Shown: in pieces, positions 18,801 through 27,277 of the stretch
How positions within the stretch are numbered: position 1 is the first letter of the stretch
How the letters are laid out: the number at the start of each line of letters is the position of its first letter
Source: an uncultured virus (IMG/VR IMGVR_UViG_3300032241_000856)
Taxonomy: Duplodnaviria; Heunggongvirae; Uroviricota; Caudoviricetes
Length of the DNA: 37,932 nucleotides
IMG/VR virus record: IMGVR_UViG_3300032241_000856
Strand: one strand, 5' to 3'
Position numbers and translations under genes: made by a program
Notes under the pieces: generated by a model
What the model saw: only the letters and a program-made list of their open reading frames with translations
The model's database searches: none
Told to the model about the DNA's origin: nothing

Positions 18801-21800
18801 TATTTACTGTATAACTTGTTAATGTTACACCTGTTGAGGTAGCAGTCTGATATGGAATAACTACGTATGTGCCGTCGCCGCCAGTTCCTGAACCTAGCCC
18901 AATAATATATGTTGGTGCAGTAATGCCAACTCCTGATACTAGCTGGTTAACACCAATTATTCCAGTAGTTTGTGATGCAGTTAATAATACTTGTGTGCCA
19001 GTAAGGGTAGTTAAACTTTGTGTAACTGTTTCGCTTAGTTGCCATGAACTTACTAAACTAGTAGCTGTTCCAGATAGATTTGCAACCACATATAAAGTTG
19101 TAGATGTTAAAGCGCCACCAGTAATAACCATACCTATTTGAATTCCAGTGCCTGTAGGAGCTGAAGATACTTGCAATGTTGTTCCGCTAATTTGACCCTG
19201 AAAAGTAACAGGAGTGCCTAATGTAATTGTTCCAGTTGTTTGAGCTGTATTAATAGCAGTAATATAAGTTCCTGCAGAAACTACACCTCCTGATAATAAC
19301 ATTCCCACAGAAGGAGTTCCACTAGTAATTGTAGGAACGGTTAATGTAGTTCCATTAATAAATCCTGTAAACCCTGCTGTATTAATTGCAGTAATAGCTG
19401 TATTAGGCAAAACTGTTGCTGAACCACTTAGCACAATATCGTTTATGGCTAAAGGGCCACCGGTAGAAGTAATGTCAACAGTTAGTATGCTACCAACAAT
19501 AAATCCTGTAAAGATTGTGCTGTTATTACCACCTAAGTTACCACCAAAGATTGTAATTGTATCTCCCACAGAATATCCGCTACCGTTTGCTACAATAGTA
19601 ACATTAGAATAAGAAGTTCCGGATGTAGTTACATTAAAAGATGCACCTGATCCAATACCATTAGTTCCATTTTGTCCTAATGGACCATATGTTGCAGAAG
19701 TTCCAGTGATATTAATTGTAATAGTGTTAGTAGGAGCAAGGCCGCCAACACTAGTTCCTGGAATACTGATAATATCTCCAACAACATATCCCGTGCCACC
19801 AGAAACTATTGATAAACTATAGGTTCTTTGATTTCGAGTAGCATTAAATGTAGCTCCAGAACCATTTGCACTTGATACTACTGTAGTTGCAAGGGCTGAA
19901 TAAGTTCCGTTTGATGCGCTAATTTGAAATTGTGATGGAGTAATACTATTTCCGATAACATAATAAGTTTGTCCAGCTGTTACTCCGCCAAACACAGTAT
20001 TAATAATACTAGCTACTGGGTTCTGAGAAACAAACTGCACTGGACAGCCATCATACATGTTTAATGTTGATCCAACTGTAAATAAATTTTGTCCGCCAGC
20101 AGTTGATTGAGTTGCAAGAGTGTTAACAATATTTGCAGGTGTAATAACAGTGCCGCGCAATTCATCACCAACAAGCGCAGTATTTTCAGGAACAGTAATT
20201 GGAAGTGTTTCTTGATAAGTTCCAGATTTAATATTAATAGTTGTAGTAATACCAGAGTTGGCTGGAGGAACACTAGCGGTGCTTTCATTAGATAGTGCAG
20301 TAATTAAAATATTTTCAAGAGCAGTGATGCTTGCCGTTACTCCAGACTCTGTAGTATATGATAAATTAATAACTTGTTGAACAATACTAGAAGGTGACAC
20401 ATTTTCTAGTGTCTGATAATTTTGTGCAGGTGCTGTATTAGCTAATACATTTGTTATGACTGAAAATGCATAATTTAGAGTAGCAATAAAATATGTAATC
20501 TCAGTTTGAACTGTTGTTGTAATAAATTTGTTACCATATTCTAAGTCAAAATATGATAGTGTAGCGGCTACTGTTTGGCTATTACCACCACGAGTAAGGT
20601 CATAGATAAATGCATCTACAATATAGCGTAGGTCGCGTTGAGTTTTAGTTGGGTCAGGCGCAACTTGCGTAGAATTAAACGGACTTATGCTATTAGCAAT
20701 TTGATACAATTGCCAATTATACGCTTCTTGCACAATAAATTCTTTATTGTTAGCTAGTAAAAAATCGGCATTTGGATTTTGATTACCTTGTTGAACCATT
20801 GCACATGCGTGAGCAACTGTTCTCCATGCAGTATCCCATGTTGTTCCTGAGTTACTATCACTGCCATTTGTAGCAACATAGTATACATTAGGAGTAATGT
20901 GTAGTGTTGACCAGGTTGGATAAGCACTGACTGTTTTTAAAACTGTTCCTGTTGCTCCGATAGAAATAGGTGTTGTATGCCCGTTGTTAAATGTAACCAT
21001 ATCGCCGAAAGAATTTAAGGCATTGTTAGTATCATTGAACAAATAGTAAACCCAATAGGTAAAACTAGTATCAAGATCCGGAGTGTTCACTGCGGTGTGG
21101 TCTAGAATACATCTATAAGTTTTATTTTTCCAGTTAACAATATCGCCTAGGTGATAATTAGATCCACTAATCCATTTATTTTTCCATAGCACACCGGGAG
21201 ATTGTAATTTCCAATAAGCATAATTTATACCTAAAAATGTAAGTGTTTCCCCATTTGAAGGAACACCATCTGGTGCTTCACTAATGACAAGTGTAGTGCT
21301 GTTAGAGACAGAAACAACTGTTTGTGCTCTAGTAAATCCTGTTCCTGAAATTATCATGCCTGGCAATACACTTGTAGTGCTGGCAACTGTTAATGTTGTT
21401 CCTGAACTACCAGAAGCAGTATAAGTTGTAGTTAGTGTTAAGGCTGCCGGGTCTTTGTTGGTATTATCAATTATTGAAATATACAGCCATCCATATCTTC
21501 TAACAACAGAACCAATTTTATATGTTGTAGAATTATTCCAATCATTTTGAATAGAGTAACCTTGCGTAAATATAGTCCAATCTGTTGCATCAAAAGATGG
21601 AGTGTTACCGGTATTATTTTGTGTGTTACTTACATAAGTATATCCGCCGTAGACTACAACATCACCTGGTTGATAAACAGTAACATTAGACCAAGTTCCG
21701 CCAAAGTCAATACCTGGCAACCAAATTGACCAATTGCCGCCGGCGTTAAATGTTGATGTAGATGTAAATCCGCCATTTGATATCCAAAGATCAGGACCTT

Positions 21801-22359
21801 CCTTAACAACATCATTTAGTTTGTATCTAGTATTAGCAGTCCATGCTCCGAGGAAATTAATACCAGTGTCGAGAACGGTCCATGCAGATTGATTAGCTTC
21901 AAGACCTAAAGTTACTGTAGCGGCACTAGTGTGCTGAGTTATACATAGATAAATCATTCCACCGTATTTTACAATTGACCCTGGACCATAAGGAGTGTTA
22001 GGATTCCAAATAGATTGCCATTGCTGGAAAGCTCCGTATAAGCTCCAATAGAAAGAATTAAAAGAAGCTCCAGAATTATGTCCTATTACACAGATATAAG
22101 CATCACCACCGTAGATAATAATGTTACCTACGCTGTAATTATTGTTTGTTTGCCATAAGCCTAACCAAGTAGTTCCGTTAGTCATTAAGGTCCAGTCACC
22201 GTTGTTTAAATCAGTAGAAAACACTCCTGATGTATGCGGTATTAGACAGACATAGGATTTACCAGCTTGACTAACTACTGAGTCTTTTGCGTAGATAGTA
22301 GCTGTGGTCCAGGGGCCAACCCATGTATATCGCAATCTGTCAATTTTAAATTCTGCCAT
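12847..22359 (-). CDS. Giant 3170-aa virion structural/fibre protein, colinear paralog of the 3637-aa protein
   Basis: Same skeleton: MAEFKIDRLRYTW N-terminus, 7 CBM-like repeats, YYVATNGSD, GTYQETLPI...LVGDELR, SDMFRVRNG...RATNGNSSYG, Asp-boxes, HDFLYIG...TSTDQDGNF. AAGGA RBS. Confidence 0.85.
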   Translation of the reverse strand: MAEFKIDRLRYTWVGPWTTATIYAKDSVVSQAGKSYVCLIPHTSGVFSTDLNNGDWTLMTNGTTWLGLWQTNNNYSVGNIIIYGGDAYICVIGHNSGASFNSFYWSLYGAFQQWQSIWNPNTPYGPGSIVKYGGMIYLCITQHTSAATVTLGLEANQSAWTVLDTGINFLGAWTANTRYKLNDVVKEGPDLWISNGGFTSTSTFNAGGNWSIWLPGIDFGGTWSNVTVYQPGDVVVYGGYTYVSNTQNNTGNTPSFDATDWTIFTQGYSIQNDWNNSTTYKIGSVVRRYGWLYISIIDNTNKDPAALTLTTTYTASGSSGTTLTVASTTSVLPGMIISGTGFTRAQTVVSVSNSTTLVISEAPDGVPSNGETLTFLGINYAYWKLQSPGVLWKNKWISGSNYHLGDIVNWKNKTYRCILDHTAVNTPDLDTSFTYWVYYLFNDTNNALNSFGDMVTFNNGHTTPISIGATGTVLKTVSAYPTWSTLHITPNVYYVATNGSDSNSGTTWDTAWRTVAHACAMVQQGNQNPNADFLLANNKEFIVQEAYNWQLYQIANSISPFNSTQVAPDPTKTQRDLRYIVDAFIYDLTRGGNSQTVAATLSYFDLEYGNKFITTTVQTEITYFIATLNYAFSVITNVLANTAPAQNYQTLENVSPSSIVQQVINLSYTTESGVTASITALENILITALSNESTASVPPANSGITTTINIKSGTYQETLPITVPENTALVGDELRGTVITPANIVNTLATQSTAGGQNLFTVGSTLNMYDGCPVQFVSQNPVASIINTVFGGVTAGQTYYVIGNSITPSQFQISASNGTYSALATTVVSSANGSGATFNATRNQRTYSLSIVSGGTGYVVGDIISIPGTSVGGLAPTNTITINITGTSATYGPLGQNGTNGIGSGASFNVTTSGTSYSNVTIVANGSGYSVGDTITIFGGNLGGNNSTIFTGFIVGSILTVDITSTGGPLAINDIVLSGSATVLPNTAITAINTAGFTGFINGTTLTVPTITSGTPSVGMLLSGGVVSAGTYITAINTAQTTGTITLGTPVTFQGQISGTTLQVSSAPTGTGIQIGMVITGGALTSTTLYVVANLSGTATSLVSSWQLSETVTQSLTTLTGTQVLLTASQTTGIIGVNQLVSGVGITAPTYIIGLGSGTGGDGTYVVIPYQTATSTGVTLTSYTVNNSQTFSSYNSLTTFTGLSYTVTNTQTVATPSAPSAFYTTANDLTITVTATNGIAGGVTGVTWAGVTPGSGAISSFTSTGSSIVTLTTNRGYMFVYGGGGLSDMFRVRNGTGLRNMTFSGLLGTLSAVNQYGTRRPTGGTYVALDPGTGPNDTSAWIFRKSPYVQNVTTFGLGSIGMKINSNLHNGGNTSMVCNDYTNIMSDGIGIWLYGGRSLCEAVSVFCYYTYAGYMSENGGRMRATNGNSSYGDYGVIAEGYDTTETPISATVNNRSQQAVASAVSSFGSSAQILKIQFTNAGNNYYQKTTNLLKYTNNFLNSSWISDGNISLLLNSIAPTGLIEGWQITGLTGITDSSYIYQNISIPQTGAIYTGLSGTNIQGSGTGATFNVTVAPTGYVVTVNSGGSGYVINNNISIPGNLVGGQQGINDITLTISAIQSPSSILTVTASGLIPPGTTQYYTCSLYVLPGSATSIDLYTTFSGYSSLSSAINYNFSTKTVTATSQDNGGALPAPASAIPISGGWYRLSFSVYDLTGLNTQLQFKIYPRSRYGISAYTYIYGAQIERGIITSFYLENQGQSYSQNASFKISGSGTGVSTIGDEVRSSGVYQESISSGGAGYVTASNNAQGGASSTGTIIIAQSDVQTLQIYYGMRLFVNSGSGAGQYGYIASYNTTSKAIVVLKESFTPLLVTLSTSGSPGSYTLSPTADVNTLYVNQPVQFLPNPFTTTVTTISIATVTVTNTTGGINNTLTVSSTLPLYVNQPVTFTGLTFGQITNNFTFYIVNIVDLTHIQVSTSFGGEVWQLTTAVGTMYLNYPSATGYLSGLTTNMQPNYIIQFQGTTIGNLVVGINYYINDVIDSQTFTLSSSLVTCSPTATSASITLNGTPYSNVVTVSDSTTVLRSFYPIFFTGTAIGVLSPGVKFYINTLIDATHFTVSQPSSLIVTSATATQVTTNLITVTSTAGFVSGQPVVFTGVTFGGITAEQTYYISVVNNSTTFTISGTPTGGATLLTNGSGTCIVKTFSSAFTLTSGTGSMTGTSTGTKTVFTSGSGSVVGTFSTPTFGGVSAGTTYYIGTITPGTQNVFTLVTTSGGSTSPTITSATGNMLLAEVGWDNINPGTPNTSVFDSTSVYFIEPRSSYTAPGFSYTTIAWPVIQSTIAYGNSMFMGISYTGATAYTSNSGASWQSITLPYTAAYSALAYGANYWVAISYGGASASSAIYSNSSGTSWLQSSLPSAKNWSSLAFGGGTFVAIANGASYNNLSVATVTTATQISGTITISGAGVITLGTPLVSALAVGTSIVVTGTNTGTGSISGYTSGTTYYVISTPTPTPGSFAISASLGGSAVSSTAGGFTGLTFTYNYVTAGTGAKFTVGVSGTSYNAFLSAAGTGYAIGDQVKILGTSLGGATPTNDLVITVASLSGSAIQTVSLTGTAVPGSNADTAYSINSGANWTSGSGLTNSLNWSSVVWGAGRFVAVANGSRNVAYSTDGQTWVVTSNALPTASAWSSITFGKNMFVAVSSTSANPCWSFDGITWYSSPYSIPANLVSYGQGVFLALSSGSGTGYTSEDGRLWKFRSVSNDNYTKLIFGYRTSDSAGVFLSASSSILGENIFAGCTTQSRPVIGGGVITSISIFEPGSNYTGSPTLTYIDPNNTADAVSSHRLGYGVLASPTFISRGQNYSTTSTTITITGNGYADQLQTGLSLYVNQLTRLPSPGDNLTIVNNAQIYKVTSATALLGTVAPNIQALINISPALTVSNSPTHLAAVSIREKYSQVRLTNHDFLYIGYGNQIESNYPGYPQADGLGDPATELNVNSQTLEVNQGRVFYTSTDQDGNFVVGNLFGVQQATGIVTLNASQFGLTGLSQLKLGGVSVGNNAVIITSFSTEPTFLANSNQIIPTQKAIKSYITSRLSQGGSNTFTGQLIAGTVSVGGPNFIASTIPAGQSGSNVKMLNKVNIAGATGTGLPYGVDGTMMSESYFIHAANYRGNF

Positions 22360-22383
22360 TTTTCTTTTCCTTAATTACTCTAT

Positions 22384-22391
22384 TACTTATC
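22384..22391 (-). promoter_or_regulatory. Putative late promoter variant GATAAGTA
   Basis: Intergenic, about 25 nt upstream of the 3170-aa ATG, at the same spacing as the GATAAATA before its paralog. Confidence 0.55.
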
Positions 22392-22397
22392 TTAATA

Positions 22398-22775
22398 TTA
22401 ATTGCTAATAATTTGTGTCTGATCGTATACATATTGCTGATTCACACTGGCTACAAACTGTCCAGTTGAATCAAGATAGTAATAGATATTTTTATTATCC
22501 CAACGATATTGATCAAATACTAAATTTGCATAAGGTCTGCTATGATCAGATGCTAGTCTTCCGTCAAAGAAATCTACTCCGTATTCAAATTCTTGAAAGT
22601 TATTTTGAGCCGAGCCAGCATTGTTTACGATCAACGAACTAGTAGATGTGATTTGATCAATTTTATAAAAATAAAGTGTTCCAGTGTCGTCTCTCGATAA
22701 CCCATAAAAATATCTAGGAACTTCTGCTCCTAATAGTGCATCTTGTTGAACTTCACCACCAACATAATAAGTCAT
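22398..22775 (-). CDS. Hypothetical 125-aa protein, Tyr/Phe/Asp-rich, probably virion-associated
   Basis: ORF with TAAGGA RBS overlapping the upstream stop; lies inside the structural cluster. Confidence 0.7.
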   Translation of the reverse strand: MTYYVGGEVQQDALLGAEVPRYFYGLSRDDTGTLYFYKIDQITSTSSLIVNNAGSAQNNFQEFEYGVDFFDGRLASDHSRPYANLVFDQYRWDNKNIYYYLDSTGQFVASVNQQYVYDQTQIISN

Positions 22776-22785
22776 AATTTATTCC

Positions 22786-23130
22786 TTAAACAATATTAAC
22801 GTAACTTGCAACTACATCTAAACTTGCATTGATGTTACAGCTAACGTATAATGTCATATATTGTGTTAACACTAATTTTTCACCACCGTTCAGCACACGC
22901 AAACTTTGATTAGGAGGAACAATAACATTGTTGACAAAATAAGCACTGGTAATTACTGTGCCGCCTGATGTTGCAGTTGTTAATCTCACACTAGCAGTTA
23001 CAATTGATCCTGTTAAGTTAGTAAAACTTAGACCTAACACAGTTGTAGATGTATTTGCATTTACAGTAATGAGAGTTTGTTCTGCAGTTCCTAACTGAGT
23101 TAAAAGTGCATTTTCAAAAAAGGTTGCCAT
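22786..23130 (-). CDS. Small ~110-aa virion protein (putative fibre adaptor)
   Basis: MATFFENALL...TTVLGLSFTN...IVPPNQSL...GGEKLVL...LDVVASYVNI; paralog of the 107-aa and 110-aa ORFs. Confidence 0.75.
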   Translation of the reverse strand: MATFFENALLTQLGTAEQTLITVNANTSTTVLGLSFTNLTGSIVTASVRLTTATSGGTVITSAYFVNNVIVPPNQSLRVLNGGEKLVLTQYMTLYVSCNINASLDVVASYVNIV

Positions 23131-23136
23131 AATATA

Positions 23137-26100
23137 TTATCCAAAAAGTAAAGCGTTTGTTATACTTATGTCAGTTGCAGTAGCGGCTGTCACACCAGCA
23201 CTTGTTCCAGCAACACTGGTCCAAGATACTCCATTGTATACTTCAACCAACTGTTGATCTGTATTAAATCTAGTCATGCCCGTTTCTAAAACAGCTGGAT
23301 ATTGTAAGTTGGTTCCCGACGGTATGACAACACCGCCAGTGCCACCTATTTTTACATATCCAGATCCTGATTCAATAAATTGTGTAACTGCTCCGGAAAC
23401 AATATTTGTAATATTGTTATTTTGAATTGACAAATTGCCAATAACAACTGATCCTGCGCCCGGAGTTGAAATATTAATATTGCTTCCAGATACCAAAGTA
23501 GTAATAGTATTACTAGAAATTGTAATATTATTTGTGTTAACTACAGGAGTATATAACTTAGAAGAATCAAGGGTAGTGTTTACACTTCCGTTGATATAAA
23601 ATCTAATTGTATTGTCACCGGCTCCCGGAGTTAATTCAGGAGTTATTTTTGTTAAACCTGCAATATCTATTACACCACTTAGTTGTGACCAATATGAACC
23701 AGACCAACCTTCGTATCTGTTAAGCACATTATTATATCGAACCATACCAGTTGCAGGAGTGCCTGGTTGTTGGCTAGTTGATCCAACTGGAAGTTGTAAA
23801 CTTTGATTGCTGTTAATTATTAAATTACCAGTGCCAGTAGGTGTTAATACAATATCAGTGTTGGTATTAATTGCTTGAATAGTATTGGCATTAACTTTTA
23901 ATCCTTCCATTACAACACTACCAGTGCCATTTGGAATTAGATTAATATCAGTATTAGTAACTGATGTAGAAATAGTATTACCGCTAATTGTTATTTGTGG
24001 TAAAGTTAATGTGCCAGTTGCTGTGATATTTCCGGTAACTTGTGTATTACCGCTAGTAGTAAAATTACCGGTCTGATTAAAATCACCAGTCTGAGTTATT
24101 GTTCCAGTAATGCCAACTGCTTGCAAACTTGTTGAGCCAGAAGTAACTGTTAAATTGTTAGTTACTGTTAGACTTTGATCAATTTGAACACTGTTATTAG
24201 GAATGTATATACGTCCAGTGCCGTTTGCTTGTAATTGTAAATCTGCATTAGTTGCCGTTGTTGTAATAACATTGCTAACAATTGTTAATCCATTTATATC
24301 TGCAGAAGTTACATAGACATTATTCCATCGATAAGAACTAGTTCCTAAGTTATAAGTGTTAGTTGTATAAGGAACAAAGTTAGTGTTAATAGCACCATTG
24401 AACGTAACTGTATTACTTGAATTAGTTCCAAGAGTAATATTTCCGTTAACGGTTGTAGTTGAATTAACAGTTAAATTACCTGTAACTGTTGTGGTATTTT
24501 GTAAATTAATTTGATTACTAAATGCAACAACATTTATATCACCAGTTACACTTGAAATTGTATTACCACTTATTTTAATATTTCCAGTATCAATTTCAGT
24601 TGGTAGTAAAGTTGTAGTGTGTGTTCCGTCAGTGAATGTTACGCCTGCATAAGCAGTAATGTTCAATGCTTGACCATTAAATGTTACTGCTCCAGTTTTT
24701 TGATTAACGTTAAAATAAGCACCAACATTAAAATTACCTTGATTATCTACTGATGTATAGTAGATATTTGCACCATTTAATTGCGTAATCTGATTAGCAA
24801 TTATTTCAGTAGTAGGATCGTTAGTAATAACCTTACCTGCACCTACGTAGGCAAAATTTGTAGAAATTAAGTAAGCAGTAATACCTTGACCGTTACCATA
24901 CACTCCGTAATTTCCATAAATCATCGCAGAACCAATAGATCTGAATTCAGATCCAAAGTCATTGTAGTTTGCAAAATTTATAGCAGTAGCAGTTCCACCG
25001 GCATTTGTTTGAATATTTTGAATAACACTTGAATCATCAACTATAACTGTTGAGTTATTAGTCCCATCAAAGTGTAACAACAATACTGTATAGGTATTGC
25101 CAGTTAATGCTTGTGTAGGAGGAGTAAAGTTAGCAGTATAAACTGCAATACCTTTAGAAATTCTTAAATCATCTATATAACCAGTAAATCCAGCACCGTG
25201 ATCAGTTTGTCTAGCACCTATAGTTACAGCTGATGTAGAATGAGTAGATGAATCAGTAGCGTTGCCGTCGTATTTTGTTCCGTTAATATAAAGCGTAACA
25301 GTTGTTACATTTCTAACTACGGCAACATGCGTCCAAGTATTAATTGGAACTGTATATCCTGATGTAATATTAATTGAATTACTTACATTATAAACTAGTT
25401 GATTACTTGAGTTTAAGTATAAAACTGGTTCAACGTTATCTGATCCAGAGCGCATGTCGAACAAAATTTGTGTTACACCACCAGTAGTTGTTCGATAAAA
25501 CCAAAATTCAATTGTAAAGGAACTGCTGCCAAAGTTAAAATCTGACTGAGCTGGTAAAGATACATAAGAACTTCCGTCTAATGATAAACTTGCTCCGCCA
25601 TATATATATTGAGAAGTTGATATTTTAGCATTACCGTTTGCTGTTACAACTTTAGGAGTTCTTGGAGTTGCACTAACAAATCCAGATACATTACCTGTTA
25701 AGTTAATATAATTGCCGCTGATGCTTGCAATTGTTCCCGATGCTAGAACAGATCCTGTAATATCATATGATGTAACAGTATTTCCAACAGCCCATGTTCC
25801 TAATTTAGAATTAATTTCTAAACGTGTTAGTCCTGCTCCGCCTATGCCGCCTGAACCGCTAATTAAATAGATACCGTAATTAGCAAAGTAACTAAAACTG
25901 TTTAACCACTCGATGCGAACTCCGTTAGTAGCTGTAATAGCAGTTTGATTAGGAGTAATAAATGTTACACTATGGAACAAGACCGCAACTTCAATACCGC
26001 CAACAGTTGCTACACTACCGTCTAAGTAAGCTCCGCCACCCGCATCGCCTTGATTAAAACCATAAGGATCACTGCCACTAGTTACAGATCCTCTAGTAAT

Positions 26101-27156
26101 AACGGTTATGTTTCTAATATATGGACTGCGACTAGTAGTTTGAAAACCAGGTGCTAATTTAAATGCATAGCCAGTATTTGCTCCGCTATTAAATCTAAAT
26201 CCAGTAATTGACAAATCTTCAATTGTTACTTGTCCATTAAGTAAAAATGCATCGTTACTAATGGTTCCACTAGTAGGTTGAATTGTTACAGCACGTATAC
26301 CAGTTCCACGAATTGCTACTCCTGCTGGAATAGTCATTGGAAATATTTCTGTATATGTCCCTGGATAAATGTAAACTGTAGTCCCGCTAGTAGCAACACT
26401 TAGAGCGTGAGCAATTGTTGCAAATGGATTATTTTCATGAACTCCAGCGTTGCTATCACTACCGTTAGTTGCAACATAGTAAATATTGCCTTGCGGTAAT
26501 GTTAAATTAATACCATTGCCAGTAATTGTTGACGCTGTTACATTTGTAGCAACAACATTATTAGTGTAAGTATTAGCCCAGTTTAAGCTATTTGAACCTA
26601 AATCATAAGTATTGTTGGCGCTAGGAATAATATTGCTGTTAACTTCTGCGTCAAACGTAACAGTATCGCCTGAGTTAGCGCCTAAAGTAATATTTCCATC
26701 TGCTGTAATATTACCAGTAGCATGCAAATTACCGTTAACCAGCATGTCGCTGTTAACATTAACAACGCCTGTGCCAGTTGTGGTAATATTTAAATTAGTG
26801 TTTGTTCCTGTAGTAGCAATTACATTTGTAGATAATTGCAAATTACCAGTTACAATAGTTCCTTGATATACAACGGGACTTGCACCGTTCGGAGTTAAAT
26901 TAATTTGACTATTAGTGCTAGAAATTGTATTCCCACTAATAGTAAATGAAGCTAAGTTGGCTTGTATAGTAACATTTAAATTACTAGTTCTTGTAGTGCC
27001 ATTGATATCTAGGTCGTATGCGGGTGTCGTGGTCTTAATACCAACGCGGCCATTTATAACATCTAAGTAAAGTAAGTTCGTCTCAAAGGCTAAGTTAACC
27101 CCGTTTCGAAGGAGGTTAGCCTTTAAGAGCGGACCCGTGATTCGACCAACAGCCAT
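23137..27156 (-). CDS. 1339-aa fibre protein: shaft repeats, pectin-lyase-like beta-helix with an inserted LamG/ConA-like domain, two PxG...GMxRyN knob motifs
   Basis: (I/L)xxNxI...DxxLxPxGTGxV repeats; YYVATNGSD...PGTYTE; FTIEFWFY...WTHVAVVR...GYIDDLRISKG (LamG-like); LPVGSTSQQP...GMVRYN. Confidence 0.8.
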   Translation of the reverse strand: MAVGRITGPLLKANLLRNGVNLAFETNLLYLDVINGRVGIKTTTPAYDLDINGTTRTSNLNVTIQANLASFTISGNTISSTNSQINLTPNGASPVVYQGTIVTGNLQLSTNVIATTGTNTNLNITTTGTGVVNVNSDMLVNGNLHATGNITADGNITLGANSGDTVTFDAEVNSNIIPSANNTYDLGSNSLNWANTYTNNVVATNVTASTITGNGINLTLPQGNIYYVATNGSDSNAGVHENNPFATIAHALSVATSGTTVYIYPGTYTEIFPMTIPAGVAIRGTGIRAVTIQPTSGTISNDAFLLNGQVTIEDLSITGFRFNSGANTGYAFKLAPGFQTTSRSPYIRNITVITRGSVTSGSDPYGFNQGDAGGGAYLDGSVATVGGIEVAVLFHSVTFITPNQTAITATNGVRIEWLNSFSYFANYGIYLISGSGGIGGAGLTRLEINSKLGTWAVGNTVTSYDITGSVLASGTIASISGNYINLTGNVSGFVSATPRTPKVVTANGNAKISTSQYIYGGASLSLDGSSYVSLPAQSDFNFGSSSFTIEFWFYRTTTGGVTQILFDMRSGSDNVEPVLYLNSSNQLVYNVSNSINITSGYTVPINTWTHVAVVRNVTTVTLYINGTKYDGNATDSSTHSTSAVTIGARQTDHGAGFTGYIDDLRISKGIAVYTANFTPPTQALTGNTYTVLLLHFDGTNNSTVIVDDSSVIQNIQTNAGGTATAINFANYNDFGSEFRSIGSAMIYGNYGVYGNGQGITAYLISTNFAYVGAGKVITNDPTTEIIANQITQLNGANIYYTSVDNQGNFNVGAYFNVNQKTGAVTFNGQALNITAYAGVTFTDGTHTTTLLPTEIDTGNIKISGNTISSVTGDINVVAFSNQINLQNTTTVTGNLTVNSTTTVNGNITLGTNSSNTVTFNGAINTNFVPYTTNTYNLGTSSYRWNNVYVTSADINGLTIVSNVITTTATNADLQLQANGTGRIYIPNNSVQIDQSLTVTNNLTVTSGSTSLQAVGITGTITQTGDFNQTGNFTTSGNTQVTGNITATGTLTLPQITISGNTISTSVTNTDINLIPNGTGSVVMEGLKVNANTIQAINTNTDIVLTPTGTGNLIINSNQSLQLPVGSTSQQPGTPATGMVRYNNVLNRYEGWSGSYWSQLSGVIDIAGLTKITPELTPGAGDNTIRFYINGSVNTTLDSSKLYTPVVNTNNITISSNTITTLVSGSNINISTPGAGSVVIGNLSIQNNNITNIVSGAVTQFIESGSGYVKIGGTGGVVIPSGTNLQYPAVLETGMTRFNTDQQLVEVYNGVSWTSVAGTSAGVTAATATDISITNALLFG

Positions 27157-27257
27157 TTACGCTCCCGTATACCCCGTGTTTCACGGTTAACCACCTTACA
27201 TTGCGGGTTTACCACAGTTGAATATCGCAAAAACTTGGTCAGTTTTTGCAGTAATAG
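27157..27257 (-). promoter_or_regulatory. Structured 5' leader (three hairpins) of the 1339-aa gene
   Basis: Inverted repeats at 27227-27235/27241-27249 (GCAAAAACU-GACCA-AGUUUUUGC), UGUGG-UAAAC-CCGCA, and CCGUG-AAA-CACGG (27174-27186), followed by a GGGAG RBS. Confidence 0.55.
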
Positions 27258-27265
27258 TATTTATC
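27258..27265 (-). promoter_or_regulatory. Putative T4-type late promoter GATAAATA
   Basis: Intergenic; same octamer as at 12817-12824. Confidence 0.7.
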
Positions 27266-27277
27266 GGATTTTGAGTT

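Noticed and set aside
1879..22359. Reading the giant Ser/Thr/Gly-rich ORFs as bacterial adhesins or S-layer proteins
   Set aside because: They have no signal peptides, and they are co-oriented with gp21-gp22-gp23 and preceded by T4-type late-promoter motifs.
27160..27195. GGUUAACCGUGAAACACGGGG resembling the GAAA-capped stem of a c-di-GMP-I riboswitch
   Set aside because: No second stem with a tetraloop receptor follows; the RBS and start codon come immediately after.
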